Shown here piece after piece: positions 48,391 through 57,516 of a stretch of 64,000 bases of DNA. The translations under genes and the position numbers were made by a program. The notes beneath the pieces were generated by a model. That model saw only the letters and a program-made list of their open reading frames with translations, made no database searches and had not been told where the DNA came from. Source of the stretch: Chloroflexia bacterium (GTDB taxonomy: Bacteria > Chloroflexota > Chloroflexia > QHBQ01 > JADMIH01); assembly GCA_035474135.1 (NCBI GenBank), contig DATINP010000180.1:20599-84598 (forward strand), in the 5' to 3' direction. Each line of letters opens with the position of its first letter. The stretch's first letter is position 1.

Positions 48391-50640
48391 CTAAATGGCC
48401 AGGGGTATGTAAAAGGCAACGGTGGTGCCTTTCTTTGGAGCGCTATCGACGTGCATAGTGCCGCTGGCACTGCGAACTCGCTCATTCATACTCTTGAAAC
48501 CCAATCCGAAGCCTTCACCGATTTTGGTTCGCGAGTGGGGGTCGAAACCCACGCCGTTGTCACGGATCTGCACAGTAAGTGTGCTGCTGAGTTTATCCAC
48601 GTGAATCTTGATGCTGGCGTGCGTTGCCTGAGCATGCTTGCGAACGTTGTTCAACGCTTCCTGTACCAGCCTGTACGTAAGCACTTCGAGGTAATCGGGC
48701 AGGCGCTCACGTAAATCATAGAGTATGCTTATCTCAAGCACAGTGTTTTCTTTGAACCGCCTGATGTAGGCTTCCAGCCCCGCCAGCAGCCCATACGAGT
48801 CAAGCACCTCGGGGCGCAAATCGGCCATCAGTCCACGAATCTCTCCCACAACGTCTGCAAAGTAGCGACGCAGGCCCTCTATGTCGTCGGGTGTAATGTC
48901 TGTGCCGGCCTGGGCCTTCTTTCTGAGGGTGTCAGCGTTGATGAGACCGACGCTGAGGGATTGCAGGGGGCCATCGTGTAGTTCTAGAGCCACAAGCTTG
49001 CGCTCGTCCTCCTGGGCCGTCAGAAGCTGATTGAGGAGCATTGTGCGCTGGCCCTCGCGTTTCAACAATTCGCTGTGGTGGTGGGCGTTATGGATTGCCA
49101 GGCTGGCGTGGTCGGCGAACGCCATGCACAGGGCGAACCGCTCCTGGGTGACTGCGTTAGGCTCACGCCATGCGATCTCTAGCACACCGAGCCGTTCGGT
49201 GCCGACGCTCAGGGGCAGCATGACAGCCGAGCGTACTTGCAATTTCCCCTTGTAGAGAGTGCGCGGCTCTTCAAGGAGATCCTGGGTAACTATGGCCACT
49301 TGCTCGCTCAACGCGGCTCCGCTCAACCCGTAGCTTGCGGGCAGATCCTCGGTCTCCTCGGCCCCTTCATACCAGGGTTCGGACCACGAATAGGCAAGCT
49401 TGCTAAGTTGATTGTTTGTTTCATCGTAGAGCCTGAGGCAGGCCTCGCCTTCGGTGAGCACACTCGCGTTGTCTACGACGGACTGCAAGACGGCAGTCAG
49501 ATCGAGGTTGCTGACGAGGGTGCGCGCACTTTTCGCGAGAAGGGCTAACTGGTTGGCGCGATCCGTAGCTTTCGCGTAGAGCCGGGCGCGCTCGATGGCG
49601 ACGGCAGCGTGGGCGGCGAAGGTCTGGACGATGGCCAGTTTCTCGGCGTTGTACGCTCCGGGCATCTCGTGGTCTACAGTTATCTTGCCCAGACACCTAT
49701 CATTTGACAGTAGCGGCACGCTCATCCAGGCCCTGAGGGTGGGACATTCGGTGTTGGACCACTTTTCGGCCTCGGTCTGGAAGTCGTCGAGGAAGAACGC
49801 TTCGTGATCTATAAAGGTGCGGCTATTGAGCGAGCTATCCTCCACACTGTATGTCAAACCCCGCAAGTCGTCCCAACCGGGCTCGCCGTAGCCCCAGAGG
49901 CCTGCGACTGTGGCGGTCTTGCCGTCCTCGCTCAGGAGGTGTATGGAAGCGCCGACACAGGGAACGACGCGCGCCACGCCTTCGAGGGTGGCCGTGATGA
50001 CGGTGTCGATGTTTGAAGCGGACTGGAGGCGCTGGCCGGCGGTATGCAGAGCATCACGTATCACAAGGCTGTGTCTTTGGGCGGCGAGCTTGGCGCCGAC
50101 GACAAGAGCCTCTGCGCCCAGGTCGGCAAGTGCCCGCAGCCACTCGGTTTCGACATTTGTCCACTCGTGCGGCGCCCCCGAATACAAAGCGGCCAGTACA
50201 CCTATAACTTTGCCCTCATGACAGAGGGGCATAACACAAAACGCCCTGACATCATAGCTTTCGACCAGGACCGATCTGGAGGCCGCTTCGTGCAAATGGG
50301 TATCGTTTATCACCACGGGTTCAGCATCTCTGAATACGCTCTCTATTATCGAGAGGCGTTTCAAAGGCACTATTTCCGTAAGAACCGACCCAGCCTGCGC
50401 GCTCTGAAAGCCTGATTGGGCCGCCACCCGCCCAAAGTCCTTGTTGTCAACAGGCAGGATTATCGCAGTTCGGTCCGCCTGTAATACCTGGCGAGCCTCG
50501 TCAACGATTGCCTGCGCGACAGCTTTTTCATCTAAGCCTTCTGCTACCTTGCGTGCTATACTTGCGAAGGAGGTCAGGTTGGCAAGATCTATATTAGAAC
50601 TTGATTTTTTTGTGCTGTTCATAGTGTGAGTTTCTGCCAA
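48391..50640 (-). CDS. Multi-GAF-domain sensor histidine kinase (HisKA_3 / NarL-type partner). No response regulator is adjacent.
   Basis: Three GAF-like segments. H-box LHDGPLQSL (HisKA_3) and HATPase_c motifs (N-box LNNVRKHA; G-boxes DNGVGFD and GFGLG). Confidence 0.8.
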   Translation of the reverse strand: MAETHTMNSTKKSSSNIDLANLTSFASIARKVAEGLDEKAVAQAIVDEARQVLQADRTAIILPVDNKDFGRVAAQSGFQSAQAGSVLTEIVPLKRLSIIESVFRDAEPVVINDTHLHEAASRSVLVESYDVRAFCVMPLCHEGKVIGVLAALYSGAPHEWTNVETEWLRALADLGAEALVVGAKLAAQRHSLVIRDALHTAGQRLQSASNIDTVITATLEGVARVVPCVGASIHLLSEDGKTATVAGLWGYGEPGWDDLRGLTYSVEDSSLNSRTFIDHEAFFLDDFQTEAEKWSNTECPTLRAWMSVPLLSNDRCLGKITVDHEMPGAYNAEKLAIVQTFAAHAAVAIERARLYAKATDRANQLALLAKSARTLVSNLDLTAVLQSVVDNASVLTEGEACLRLYDETNNQLSKLAYSWSEPWYEGAEETEDLPASYGLSGAALSEQVAIVTQDLLEEPRTLYKGKLQVRSAVMLPLSVGTERLGVLEIAWREPNAVTQERFALCMAFADHASLAIHNAHHHSELLKREGQRTMLLNQLLTAQEDERKLVALELHDGPLQSLSVGLINADTLRKKAQAGTDITPDDIEGLRRYFADVVGEIRGLMADLRPEVLDSYGLLAGLEAYIRRFKENTVLEISILYDLRERLPDYLEVLTYRLVQEALNNVRKHAQATHASIKIHVDKLSSTLTVQIRDNGVGFDPHSRTKIGEGFGLGFKSMNERVRSASGTMHVDSAPKKGTTVAFYIPLAI

Positions 50641-50668
50641 TTATTTCGAGTGTGCCAGGAGTAGAGGC

Positions 50669-52126
50669 ATGGTATCTGTTGACTACGGGACCATACGGTC
50701 GATTAACGAGCTTGCTTCTATTTTTTCTTGCCAGTGGGCGAATGGAATGCTGCCCCAGATTCGCTTTGCCCCTCTGCGCCCGGGCACCTCTGAAGGTCGT
50801 CTCACCAGACCCTACAGACCCGATGCAACAGATTGGGGCGTAGACATGGATGTGTCGGGCGCAACGGCCATGCCCACGTCGGGTATCACTCAGCCTCCAA
50901 TTACCGGTTTATGTGTGTATGAGGTATTTCGGCGGATTGGCCCCTCGGCTCGCCTCTCCTATCATGATCTATTTGTTCGCATGGCGGACGCGCTACAAGC
51001 ATATCATGATTGGCTTTTCCGCGAGCGCGATCCACAGCATGAACACTTGGTGGCTTGCATCCACCCGTGGGAGACAGGCACCGATAACTCCCCCGCCTTC
51101 GCGTCCTTGTTGGAGTCCACTGATGCCTACCTGGAGACCGCCGAGGCATTCCTGCAGCCCCTGGAATACCGGCGCGCCGACATCACCTACGTTAAAACTT
51201 CCCACCGCCCGACCGAGCGCGACTACAGAGTTTACCTGGGTCTGCTCAGTTTATTCCGCTACCACCAGTATAACTGCCGAGCCATAATAGAAGCAACCCC
51301 ATTCTTATTGCAAGACGTCCTATTTAATAGCATATTTTGTACCTCCATACGCGCGCTTGCCCATTTACAGGAGGAACTTGCTCGATCAGGCGACGTCTCT
51401 GAGGCGCAAACGAGCCTGCGCCGGCAGTCGGCCAGCAATCGGGCGAAAGCTGATCAGGTTGCAAGCGCGATACGCGGTAAGTTGTGGGACGCGGAAAGCG
51501 GGTATTTCTACGGTTATGACCTCAAAGGCGGGCGGCGATTGGAGGTTCCAACCGTTAGCTCTTTCATGCCCCTCCTTGGCGATATCGCAAACGCCGAGCA
51601 GGGAGACTTCCTGATTGCCCACCTGACCGAGGATACGGGATTTGGCGCGTATCTGCCCGTTGCGTCGACCTGGCCGGGACATCCCATGTTCGACCCCGTC
51701 CGCTACTGGTCGGGACCCGTGTGGCCTGTCACCAACTGGCTGATATGGAGAGGCTTGCGAGAGCGGCGGTCCCCTTTAGCAGTCACTATCCGGAGCAGTA
51801 CGCTAAAGACTATCGCCGAGGGCGTGCCTTACGATGAAGCAGCCCGGCTGGCGACGCGTGTGATGGAAGCCAACAGCGTGGGTCATGACGGGATCGAATA
51901 CACGACCCCGTCGATCCAACAGTACCGGCACGCCTGGCTGTGGGATAGCGCTCTCACCGCGATTAGCTGGCCCCTTGTTGGCGAGAAGCCCCCGGCACAC
52001 CCACTCGACGGGAGCAAGCCCGGCTTCTGGGAATACTATCAAACCCGCACGGGTGCTCCCCTGGGAGCGCCCTACATGACGTGGACCGCCTCGCTTTTCC
52101 TCGATATGCTGGCGGCTGATATGTGA
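50669..52126 (+). CDS. GH63-like glycoside hydrolase (MGH1/mannosylglycerate-glucosylglycerate hydrolase-like (alpha/alpha)6 barrel).
   Basis: Conserved WETGTDNSP, GPVWPVTNWLIWRGL and C-terminal motifs typical of the GH63/MGH family. Confidence 0.5.
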   Translation: MVSVDYGTIRSINELASIFSCQWANGMLPQIRFAPLRPGTSEGRLTRPYRPDATDWGVDMDVSGATAMPTSGITQPPITGLCVYEVFRRIGPSARLSYHDLFVRMADALQAYHDWLFRERDPQHEHLVACIHPWETGTDNSPAFASLLESTDAYLETAEAFLQPLEYRRADITYVKTSHRPTERDYRVYLGLLSLFRYHQYNCRAIIEATPFLLQDVLFNSIFCTSIRALAHLQEELARSGDVSEAQTSLRRQSASNRAKADQVASAIRGKLWDAESGYFYGYDLKGGRRLEVPTVSSFMPLLGDIANAEQGDFLIAHLTEDTGFGAYLPVASTWPGHPMFDPVRYWSGPVWPVTNWLIWRGLRERRSPLAVTIRSSTLKTIAEGVPYDEAARLATRVMEANSVGHDGIEYTTPSIQQYRHAWLWDSALTAISWPLVGEKPPAHPLDGSKPGFWEYYQTRTGAPLGAPYMTWTASLFLDMLAADM

Positions 52127-52130
52127 CCTA

Positions 52131-52517
52131 TCACGCTTCGCTTTGCTCTCTGAGCAGGTCGATTGTCTCCATGGCGTGGCGAAGGTGGGGGATAAGGATG
52201 CTGCCGCCCACGATGAGTGCCACATTCAGGGCATCTACAATCTCGTCGTCGGTGTAACCTGCCTCGACACACTGGATGAGGTGGTAGTCCACGCAGTCGT
52301 CACAACGCAAGACTGCGGAAGCAACTAGGCCAAGTAGCTCCTTGGTCCGCCCTGGTAGGGCACCGTCGTGATAGGCAGTCGTGTCCAAGTTGAAAAAGCG
52401 ATTTATGCCGAGGTGGTTGGCGTTGGAGATCCGCTCATTCATGCGCAGTCGATACTGGCGGAACTCTTCGAGTCTGTCGTGCGTGCTATTGTCTGACGAC
52501 GTGTGATTGCTGGTCAT
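52131..52517 (-). CDS. Carboxymuconolactone decarboxylase family protein (AhpD-like).
   Basis: CDDCVDYH matches the CxxCxxxH AhpD-core motif. Likely start MTSNHTSSDN (ATG at 52517) with a ggagagg RBS. The track ORF extends to 52580. Confidence 0.65.
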   Translation of the reverse strand: MTSNHTSSDNSTHDRLEEFRQYRLRMNERISNANHLGINRFFNLDTTAYHDGALPGRTKELLGLVASAVLRCDDCVDYHLIQCVEAGYTDDEIVDALNVALIVGGSILIPHLRHAMETIDLLREQSEA

Positions 52518-52658
52518 GGTTCCTCTCCTGGAGATAAGTCGTAGATACTGGAGTGTAAACCATAGGCAACAAGTTCGCACGTTAGCATAATTCTAGTGCG
52601 TCGTCATCGCCGCGTCTTTGCGCCCTTCGCTACATATTTTCCGCTGGTCTATAGCAAC

Positions 52659-54002
52659 TTAATGGAACAGCGACGTGCCGAACATGAGGGCAACTGCAAC
52701 CGAGATAAGGACCACAGCGGCCCAGGCCAGCGTTTTGTAAACGGGGCCAATGGCATATTTCCCCATGATATCGCGGTTGCTTGCCAGTTTTACGATGAAG
52801 ATTAGAAGAATAGGCAGGAGAGCGCCGTTCAGGATTTGGACCGCAATCAGCACTGCAAACAGGGGCAGACCTGGTATCATTGCCACGACGGCCCCCAGCG
52901 CCAGCAGGATTGTGAACAGCCACATGAACACCGGGGCCTCACGAAAAGACAGGTTTACGCCTTTCTCGAAGCCGAGTGCTTCCGTTACAGAGAAGGCGGT
53001 GGCGAGCGGCAGCACCCCCGCAGCAAGCATGGAAGCGCCGAACAATCCTAGCCCGAAGAGTAAGGTAGCGCCCTGCCCTGCGACCGGCTCCAGTGCCTTG
53101 GCCGCATCGGCGGCGCTGTCCACCTGCGAGGCACCGTGCGTGAACAATGTGGCTGCTGTAGCGACGATGATAAACATCGAGACAATCTGAGCCAGGATAA
53201 CGCCGAATACTGTGTCGAAGCGCGTGTACTTGTAGTCGCTGAGCGTCACGCCCTTCTCGACGACGGTAGACTGGACGAAAAGCTGCATGTAGGGCGTGAC
53301 GCTTGTGCCTATGAGCGCAACAAGCGCCTGCAGGGCCATTGGCTGTAAATCGAGTTTGGGTTGGATTATCGCTGTGCCAACCTGGCCCCAGTCCGGCTTG
53401 GCCAGGAATGCCGCGATGATGTAGGTGAAGAAGACCAGCGACATCAGCATGAATACCTTTTCAACCGTCCGATATGAGCCGCTGGTTATCAGCCACCAGA
53501 CCACCAGTGCGATCGGAGGCACTGTAATCCAACCGGGTATACCGAACAGGTCGCCGGCAGCAGCGATACCAACGAACTCGGAGATTGTGACACCTGCATT
53601 GGCAATCAGTAGCACAAGCACGGCAAGCATCGCCCAGCTTGCACCGAACTGTTCGCGAATGAGGTCGGACAGCCCTTTGCCGGTCACCGCTCCCATGCGC
53701 GCGCACATCTCTTGCACCAAGATAAGGCAGATAGTTATTATCACCATGGACCACAGGAGTCCATAGCCGTAAGATGCGCCCGTCTGGGCATATGTGGCTA
53801 TTCCGCCTGCGTCATTGCCTGCGGCTGCCGACACCACGCCGGGGCCAAGCACGATCAGGTAGGCCCAAAAGGGCAAGCGCCGAACTTTCCTCAGGGGCGC
53901 AAAGGCGCGCGCCAGCAATCGAGCAGGGCCACTGTGGCCGTTCCCCTGCTCTTCCTCGGCAATAGCCTCTGTACTTGGCGTGTAGCGGTGTTTGGGTTCC
54001 AT
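52659..54002 (-). CDS. NRAMP/SLC11 family transporter with non-canonical metal-site residues (NRMT-like, candidate Mg2+ transporter).
   Basis: NRAMP fold, 447 aa. The TM1 motif reads GNDAGG where canonical MntH has DPGN. The TM6 motif reads GTSVTPY where canonical MntH has GATVMPH. The start ATG overlaps the stop of the upstream gene (TGATG). Confidence 0.8.
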   Translation of the reverse strand: MEPKHRYTPSTEAIAEEEQGNGHSGPARLLARAFAPLRKVRRLPFWAYLIVLGPGVVSAAAGNDAGGIATYAQTGASYGYGLLWSMVIITICLILVQEMCARMGAVTGKGLSDLIREQFGASWAMLAVLVLLIANAGVTISEFVGIAAAGDLFGIPGWITVPPIALVVWWLITSGSYRTVEKVFMLMSLVFFTYIIAAFLAKPDWGQVGTAIIQPKLDLQPMALQALVALIGTSVTPYMQLFVQSTVVEKGVTLSDYKYTRFDTVFGVILAQIVSMFIIVATAATLFTHGASQVDSAADAAKALEPVAGQGATLLFGLGLFGASMLAAGVLPLATAFSVTEALGFEKGVNLSFREAPVFMWLFTILLALGAVVAMIPGLPLFAVLIAVQILNGALLPILLIFIVKLASNRDIMGKYAIGPVYKTLAWAAVVLISVAVALMFGTSLFH

Positions 54003-55279
54003 CAGCTGAAAATTCTTGGGATGCGCTTCTTCCAGCCTTCAGGAAGAAGGGAGTCGAGGGCATCGTCTATCGTTATTACTCCCAGCAGCTTGTTATTGCG
54101 GTTTACCACCGGTAGGGCTAACAGGTTGTATTCCGCCATTTTTCGTGCTACCTCGCGCTCTTGCTCTCCCGGACGGACACTCAAGAACTCGGTAACCATG
54201 AAGTCGGCGACTTTGATGTCGCGCTCATTCACGAGCAGGTCGCGGACGGTTATGACGCCAACCAGATCGTCACTGTCGGCGGATTCTGTGACGTACATGT
54301 AGTAGATGAGATCAGATGACAGGAAGAGATCCCTATTCTGCTTTATTACTTCCTCGACAGTCATATCGGGTTGAACGCAGACAAAATCTGTGGTCATTGC
54401 GCGGCCCGCCGTATGGTCTGGGTAGCGGAGAAGCTGGCGCACATCGGCGGCTTCCTCATCGTCCATTTCCTCCAGCAAGGCGCCGGCCTTATCTTCGGGC
54501 AGTTCGGCCATGAGGTCAGTAGCCTCGTCAGGGGCCATTTCTTCGATGATGTCTGCGGCCCGTTCGTCGGGCATTTGTTCCACGAGGTCTTTCTGGCGGC
54601 CACCCTCTATTTCTTCCAGGGTGTCAGCAGCCAGGGTATCATCGAGCGCGGAGATTATCTCTGCCCCCTGGTGGTAGCTTACGGCGTCGGTAATGCGCGC
54701 GATTTCGACCGGATGCATTTTCGCGAGCTTTTGGTGTTTGAGGGCAACGCCTCCCGGCATGCTGGTTCCGAAGATGTCGAGGTTTTGCCAGGAAACAAGA
54801 GCAGGCTGCGCTGCCTTTGGGCGTACCAGGTTGAATAGCTTGCCCAGTTTCAAACGCCTCGCCAGGCCCGCCATACTTACATCCACCCCTACGATACGCC
54901 AATCGGACGTTCCACTTTCGGGCGTCTGATCTATGAAAACATCGTTTACCCGGAGGACGCGTCGTTGCTTGAGGTCTATGATTTGCCTGTCCCAGAAGTC
55001 TTTGGTGATCACCATCTCACCCTCGCGGCGCTCGAATGGCTCAAGGTCGAACCTGGCCGAATTGAGCATCACGCCCTCGTCCGAGAACGAATCGACCTGG
55101 GCTATGGGAATATAGAAAGGCGCTTTCGTGCGCCCAGTACGTGCCACCAGCGCCTTGATCACGGGGCCCGACTCGTTAATATCTTGCGCAAGATCGATGA
55201 CCACGTCGCGCAGACGAGCAACACTGTTGTCCGCCCGGTTCCTTATGGGTTTCCCGATCAGTTGAGATAGGTACGGCAT
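54002..55279 (-). CDS. Soluble PRC-barrel + MgtE N-terminal domain + CBS-pair protein (Mg2+-sensing-like regulatory module).
   Basis: N-terminal PRC-like GKPIRNRADNSVARLRDVVID. The acidic MgtE_N helical region is ISALDDTLAADTLEEIE...EEMDDEEAADVRQLL. Two CBS motifs follow. There is no TM domain. Start chosen at MPYLSQLIGK (55279). The track ORF extends to 55366. Confidence 0.65.
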   Translation of the reverse strand: MPYLSQLIGKPIRNRADNSVARLRDVVIDLAQDINESGPVIKALVARTGRTKAPFYIPIAQVDSFSDEGVMLNSARFDLEPFERREGEMVITKDFWDRQIIDLKQRRVLRVNDVFIDQTPESGTSDWRIVGVDVSMAGLARRLKLGKLFNLVRPKAAQPALVSWQNLDIFGTSMPGGVALKHQKLAKMHPVEIARITDAVSYHQGAEIISALDDTLAADTLEEIEGGRQKDLVEQMPDERAADIIEEMAPDEATDLMAELPEDKAGALLEEMDDEEAADVRQLLRYPDHTAGRAMTTDFVCVQPDMTVEEVIKQNRDLFLSSDLIYYMYVTESADSDDLVGVITVRDLLVNERDIKVADFMVTEFLSVRPGEQEREVARKMAEYNLLALPVVNRNNKLLGVITIDDALDSLLPEGWKKRIPRIFS

Positions 55280-55452
55280 ACTTTCTGATATAATAACGCA
55301 TCCGCTTCCAGAAGCGATTCCTTGATCAAGCGTGCCCGAACTATATGCACGGGATCGTCGTTCCAATTAACCAAGGTACTAGCGATAAACTTAAGAATTC
55401 CCCGGAGGGGATAATAGCACTTTATATGCCACAGGGGGTCGTAATTCGCACG

Positions 55453-56298
55453 ATGGAACAAGAGCCATTAACTATTTTTTTGTCGCCGCACTTCGACGAC
55501 ATTCCGCTCTCGTGCGGGGGGATCGCCGCGCGCCTGGCGCGGATGGGTTCCAGGTGCATTTGCATTGTAGTGTTTGCCGCCCCCGCGCCCCAAGGGTTGA
55601 CCCTTTCGCCCTTCGCTCAGGGTATGCACGACCAGTGGGAACGAGATGCCGGGGCTAGTATGCAGGCTATCAACGAGATCCGGCGAGCCGAAGATCGCGC
55701 GGCTGCTCGACTTCTGAACCTGGAGCAGGTATTGCTCGACCTGCCGGATGCGCCGTACAGGATGGGTACCGACGGGCGTTTCCTGTATGCGTCCGACAGC
55801 GAGCTATTCGGAACTGCAGCCGTCGAAGAGCGTAGACGCTTGGCCCCGTATATAGCTGAGAAGACTAAGGATGTGATTAAGAGTGCAGGAGGTAAAGGCC
55901 CCGTGCGCGTGTTCGCGCCCCTGGGCGTGGGCCATCACGTAGACCACCAGCTTGCGTTCTGGGCGGCACGCAGGCTTGGCCCACGATTTGGGACCCTGTA
56001 CTATGAAGACTATCCATATGCCAGCCGGGCGCATGCGCTTGAGACACGTCTATCGGAGATAGGCCTGCCTGCACAGCCACTGGTAACGCCGATCTCCGAC
56101 CTGATAGGGGTCAAGATAGCATCTATAGCGCGCTACAAGTCACAATTGGGAGTGCTATTCGGAAGCAACGCTGCTATGCCGGTCGCTGTGCGCGCCTATT
56201 TCCAGTCGGTGGCGGGGTCAGCAGGTGGCGGCGAGGGTGATTACGCGGAACGAGCCTGGCGTCTTCCACCTGTCTATACTTTGAGGCGTGGCAATTGA
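55453..56298 (+). CDS. PIG-L/LmbE family N-acetylglucosaminyl deacetylase.
   Basis: SPHFDDIPLSCGG zinc-binding motif. The likely start is MEQEPL (55453) or MPQGVV (55426). The track ORF at 55345 overlaps the divergent gene. Confidence 0.6.
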   Translation: MEQEPLTIFLSPHFDDIPLSCGGIAARLARMGSRCICIVVFAAPAPQGLTLSPFAQGMHDQWERDAGASMQAINEIRRAEDRAAARLLNLEQVLLDLPDAPYRMGTDGRFLYASDSELFGTAAVEERRRLAPYIAEKTKDVIKSAGGKGPVRVFAPLGVGHHVDHQLAFWAARRLGPRFGTLYYEDYPYASRAHALETRLSEIGLPAQPLVTPISDLIGVKIASIARYKSQLGVLFGSNAAMPVAVRAYFQSVAGSAGGGEGDYAERAWRLPPVYTLRRGN

Positions 56299-56321
56299 GA
56301 CTTATGACGCGCTATCTATGC

Positions 56322-56735
56322 TCACTTAGGTCCAAAGCTGGGCTGTGCGGGCGGTACGACCAGGTTGCTGGTAGGAATTTCGCCCGGCACGAGCGTCCCG
56401 CTTGACAGCGGCAGTTGGATAGTTGGAACGTCGCCCGCCCCGAGAGCGGTATTTGCACCGGGCGCGGGATTGCCTACATGGCTTCCACCCGTAGCGATCA
56501 GCCAGATAACAATGAGGAGCAAAAGGACGGTCGCCGACACGAGGCCACCCACGATGTACTGGTAGATTTCACTTCGGGGTTGTGGGGTGGTGCGTGCGTT
56601 GGCGCCACGGGTCACGGGCGGACCGAGACGCTCCTGCCTGCTGCCAATACCAGGTTGTACTTGCGTTGCGGGTGGTTCGGGTTCCGGTGGCAGTACCCGC
56701 CTGACACGGTTCCTATGTCCTTCTTGATCGCTCAT
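56322..56735 (-). CDS. Small bitopic membrane protein. It is a paralogue of the N-terminal anchor module of the neighbouring rhodanese protein.
   Basis: SEIYQYIVGGLVSATVLLLLIVIW versus DPFPYIMGGIIGAMIIGLGAVIFLIL in the 57499 gene. Both have a Pro/Arg-rich cytoplasmic N-terminus. Confidence 0.4.
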   Translation of the reverse strand: MSDQEGHRNRVRRVLPPEPEPPATQVQPGIGSRQERLGPPVTRGANARTTPQPRSEIYQYIVGGLVSATVLLLLIVIWLIATGGSHVGNPAPGANTALGAGDVPTIQLPLSSGTLVPGEIPTSNLVVPPAQPSFGPK

Positions 56736-56754
56736 GGATCACCATCCCATAGAA

Positions 56755-56782
56755 ACAGGGCGGGTTTCTTTCTACCCGCCCT
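56755..56782 (-). terminator. Rho-independent terminator-like hairpin downstream of the rhodanese gene.
   Basis: The top-strand sequence is cagggcggg-tttctttcta-cccgccctg (9-bp GC stem). On the minus strand it is followed by TTTCTAT. Confidence 0.4.
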
Positions 56783-56812
56783 GCTCATAACGTACAAGCA
56801 CTATTCTCAGCT

Positions 56813-57499
56813 TTAGGGTGTTGCTACCGGTTGCAGGCCCGTATCGCTCTTGCTGTTATCGACGAAGGGTGTACTGTTATTGCCTGTCTCGATCGGATAC
56901 CCCGCCGGATCAGTGCCGTTCATCTGTTTCCAGGTAGTCCAGCCGCCCAGTAATACTTGCAACTTGTCGTAGCTATAGCCGTATGTATCGTGAAGCTTCT
57001 GCGCCACACGGGCGCTTTCATTTTCAGCCGGTCATTGGCAGTAGGCCACGACCATCTTATCTTTCGGCACCTGATTGCTGGATACGTAGGTGTCTATGTC
57101 AGCTTCGGGCATCGATACAGCCCCGGCGATATGCCCCTCGGCATAACTCGCGACCGGGCGCACGTCCACGACGAGCGGCCGCTTGGCGGGATCGTCATAC
57201 AGAGCCTTGAAGTCGCCAATTGCCATGCGCGGGGGAGCGTCCGCATTAGCGGTCGCCGTTGGGCCTGCATTATTGTTGACCACTGTACCAGTGCTGTTGT
57301 TCGACAGTATGAGGAAAATGACCGCACCCAGGCCGATGATCATAGCCCCAATGATGCCGCCCATAATATATGGGAATGGGTCGCGTTGCGACTGGACGGC
57401 CCGCGGCCTCTCGCCATACCCTCCTCGACGTGGTGGCGGCCCACTTGTTCGGGTGGGAGGCCTGCTAGCGGGCGGTCGTTGTCTTGGCGGTTGACTCAT
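56813..57499 (-). CDS. Membrane-anchored extracytoplasmic rhodanese-domain protein interrupted by one in-frame TGA (57032-57034). It is a candidate selenocysteine codon, or else a pseudogene or sequencing error.
   Basis: The ORFs 57032..57499 and 56813..57007 are in the same frame. The joined translation is ...LVVDVRPVASYAEGHIAGAVSMP...KMVVAYCQ[TGA]PAENESARVAQKLHDTYGYSYDKLQVLLGGWTTWKQ. Both rhodanese signatures (HIAGA N-terminal, GGW C-terminal) are present, so the two halves form a single domain. Confidence 0.5.
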
Positions 57500-57516
57500 A
57501 GAGTGTTACTTCCCTC

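Noticed and set aside
50641-50668. A 28-bp gap between the divergent histidine kinase and GH63-like starts, considered as a shared operator.
   Set aside because: It is too short to hold two promoters. More likely one or both annotated starts are wrong (the GH63-like start is probably downstream). There is no repeat structure to support an operator.
57032-57034. Treating the in-frame TGA as a simple gene end, with 56813..57007 as an independent small gene.
   Set aside because: Neither half alone is a rhodanese domain. The HIAGA and GGW signature halves are split across the stop and the downstream ORF has no RBS. It is still retained as a pseudogene-versus-selenoprotein question in the findings.
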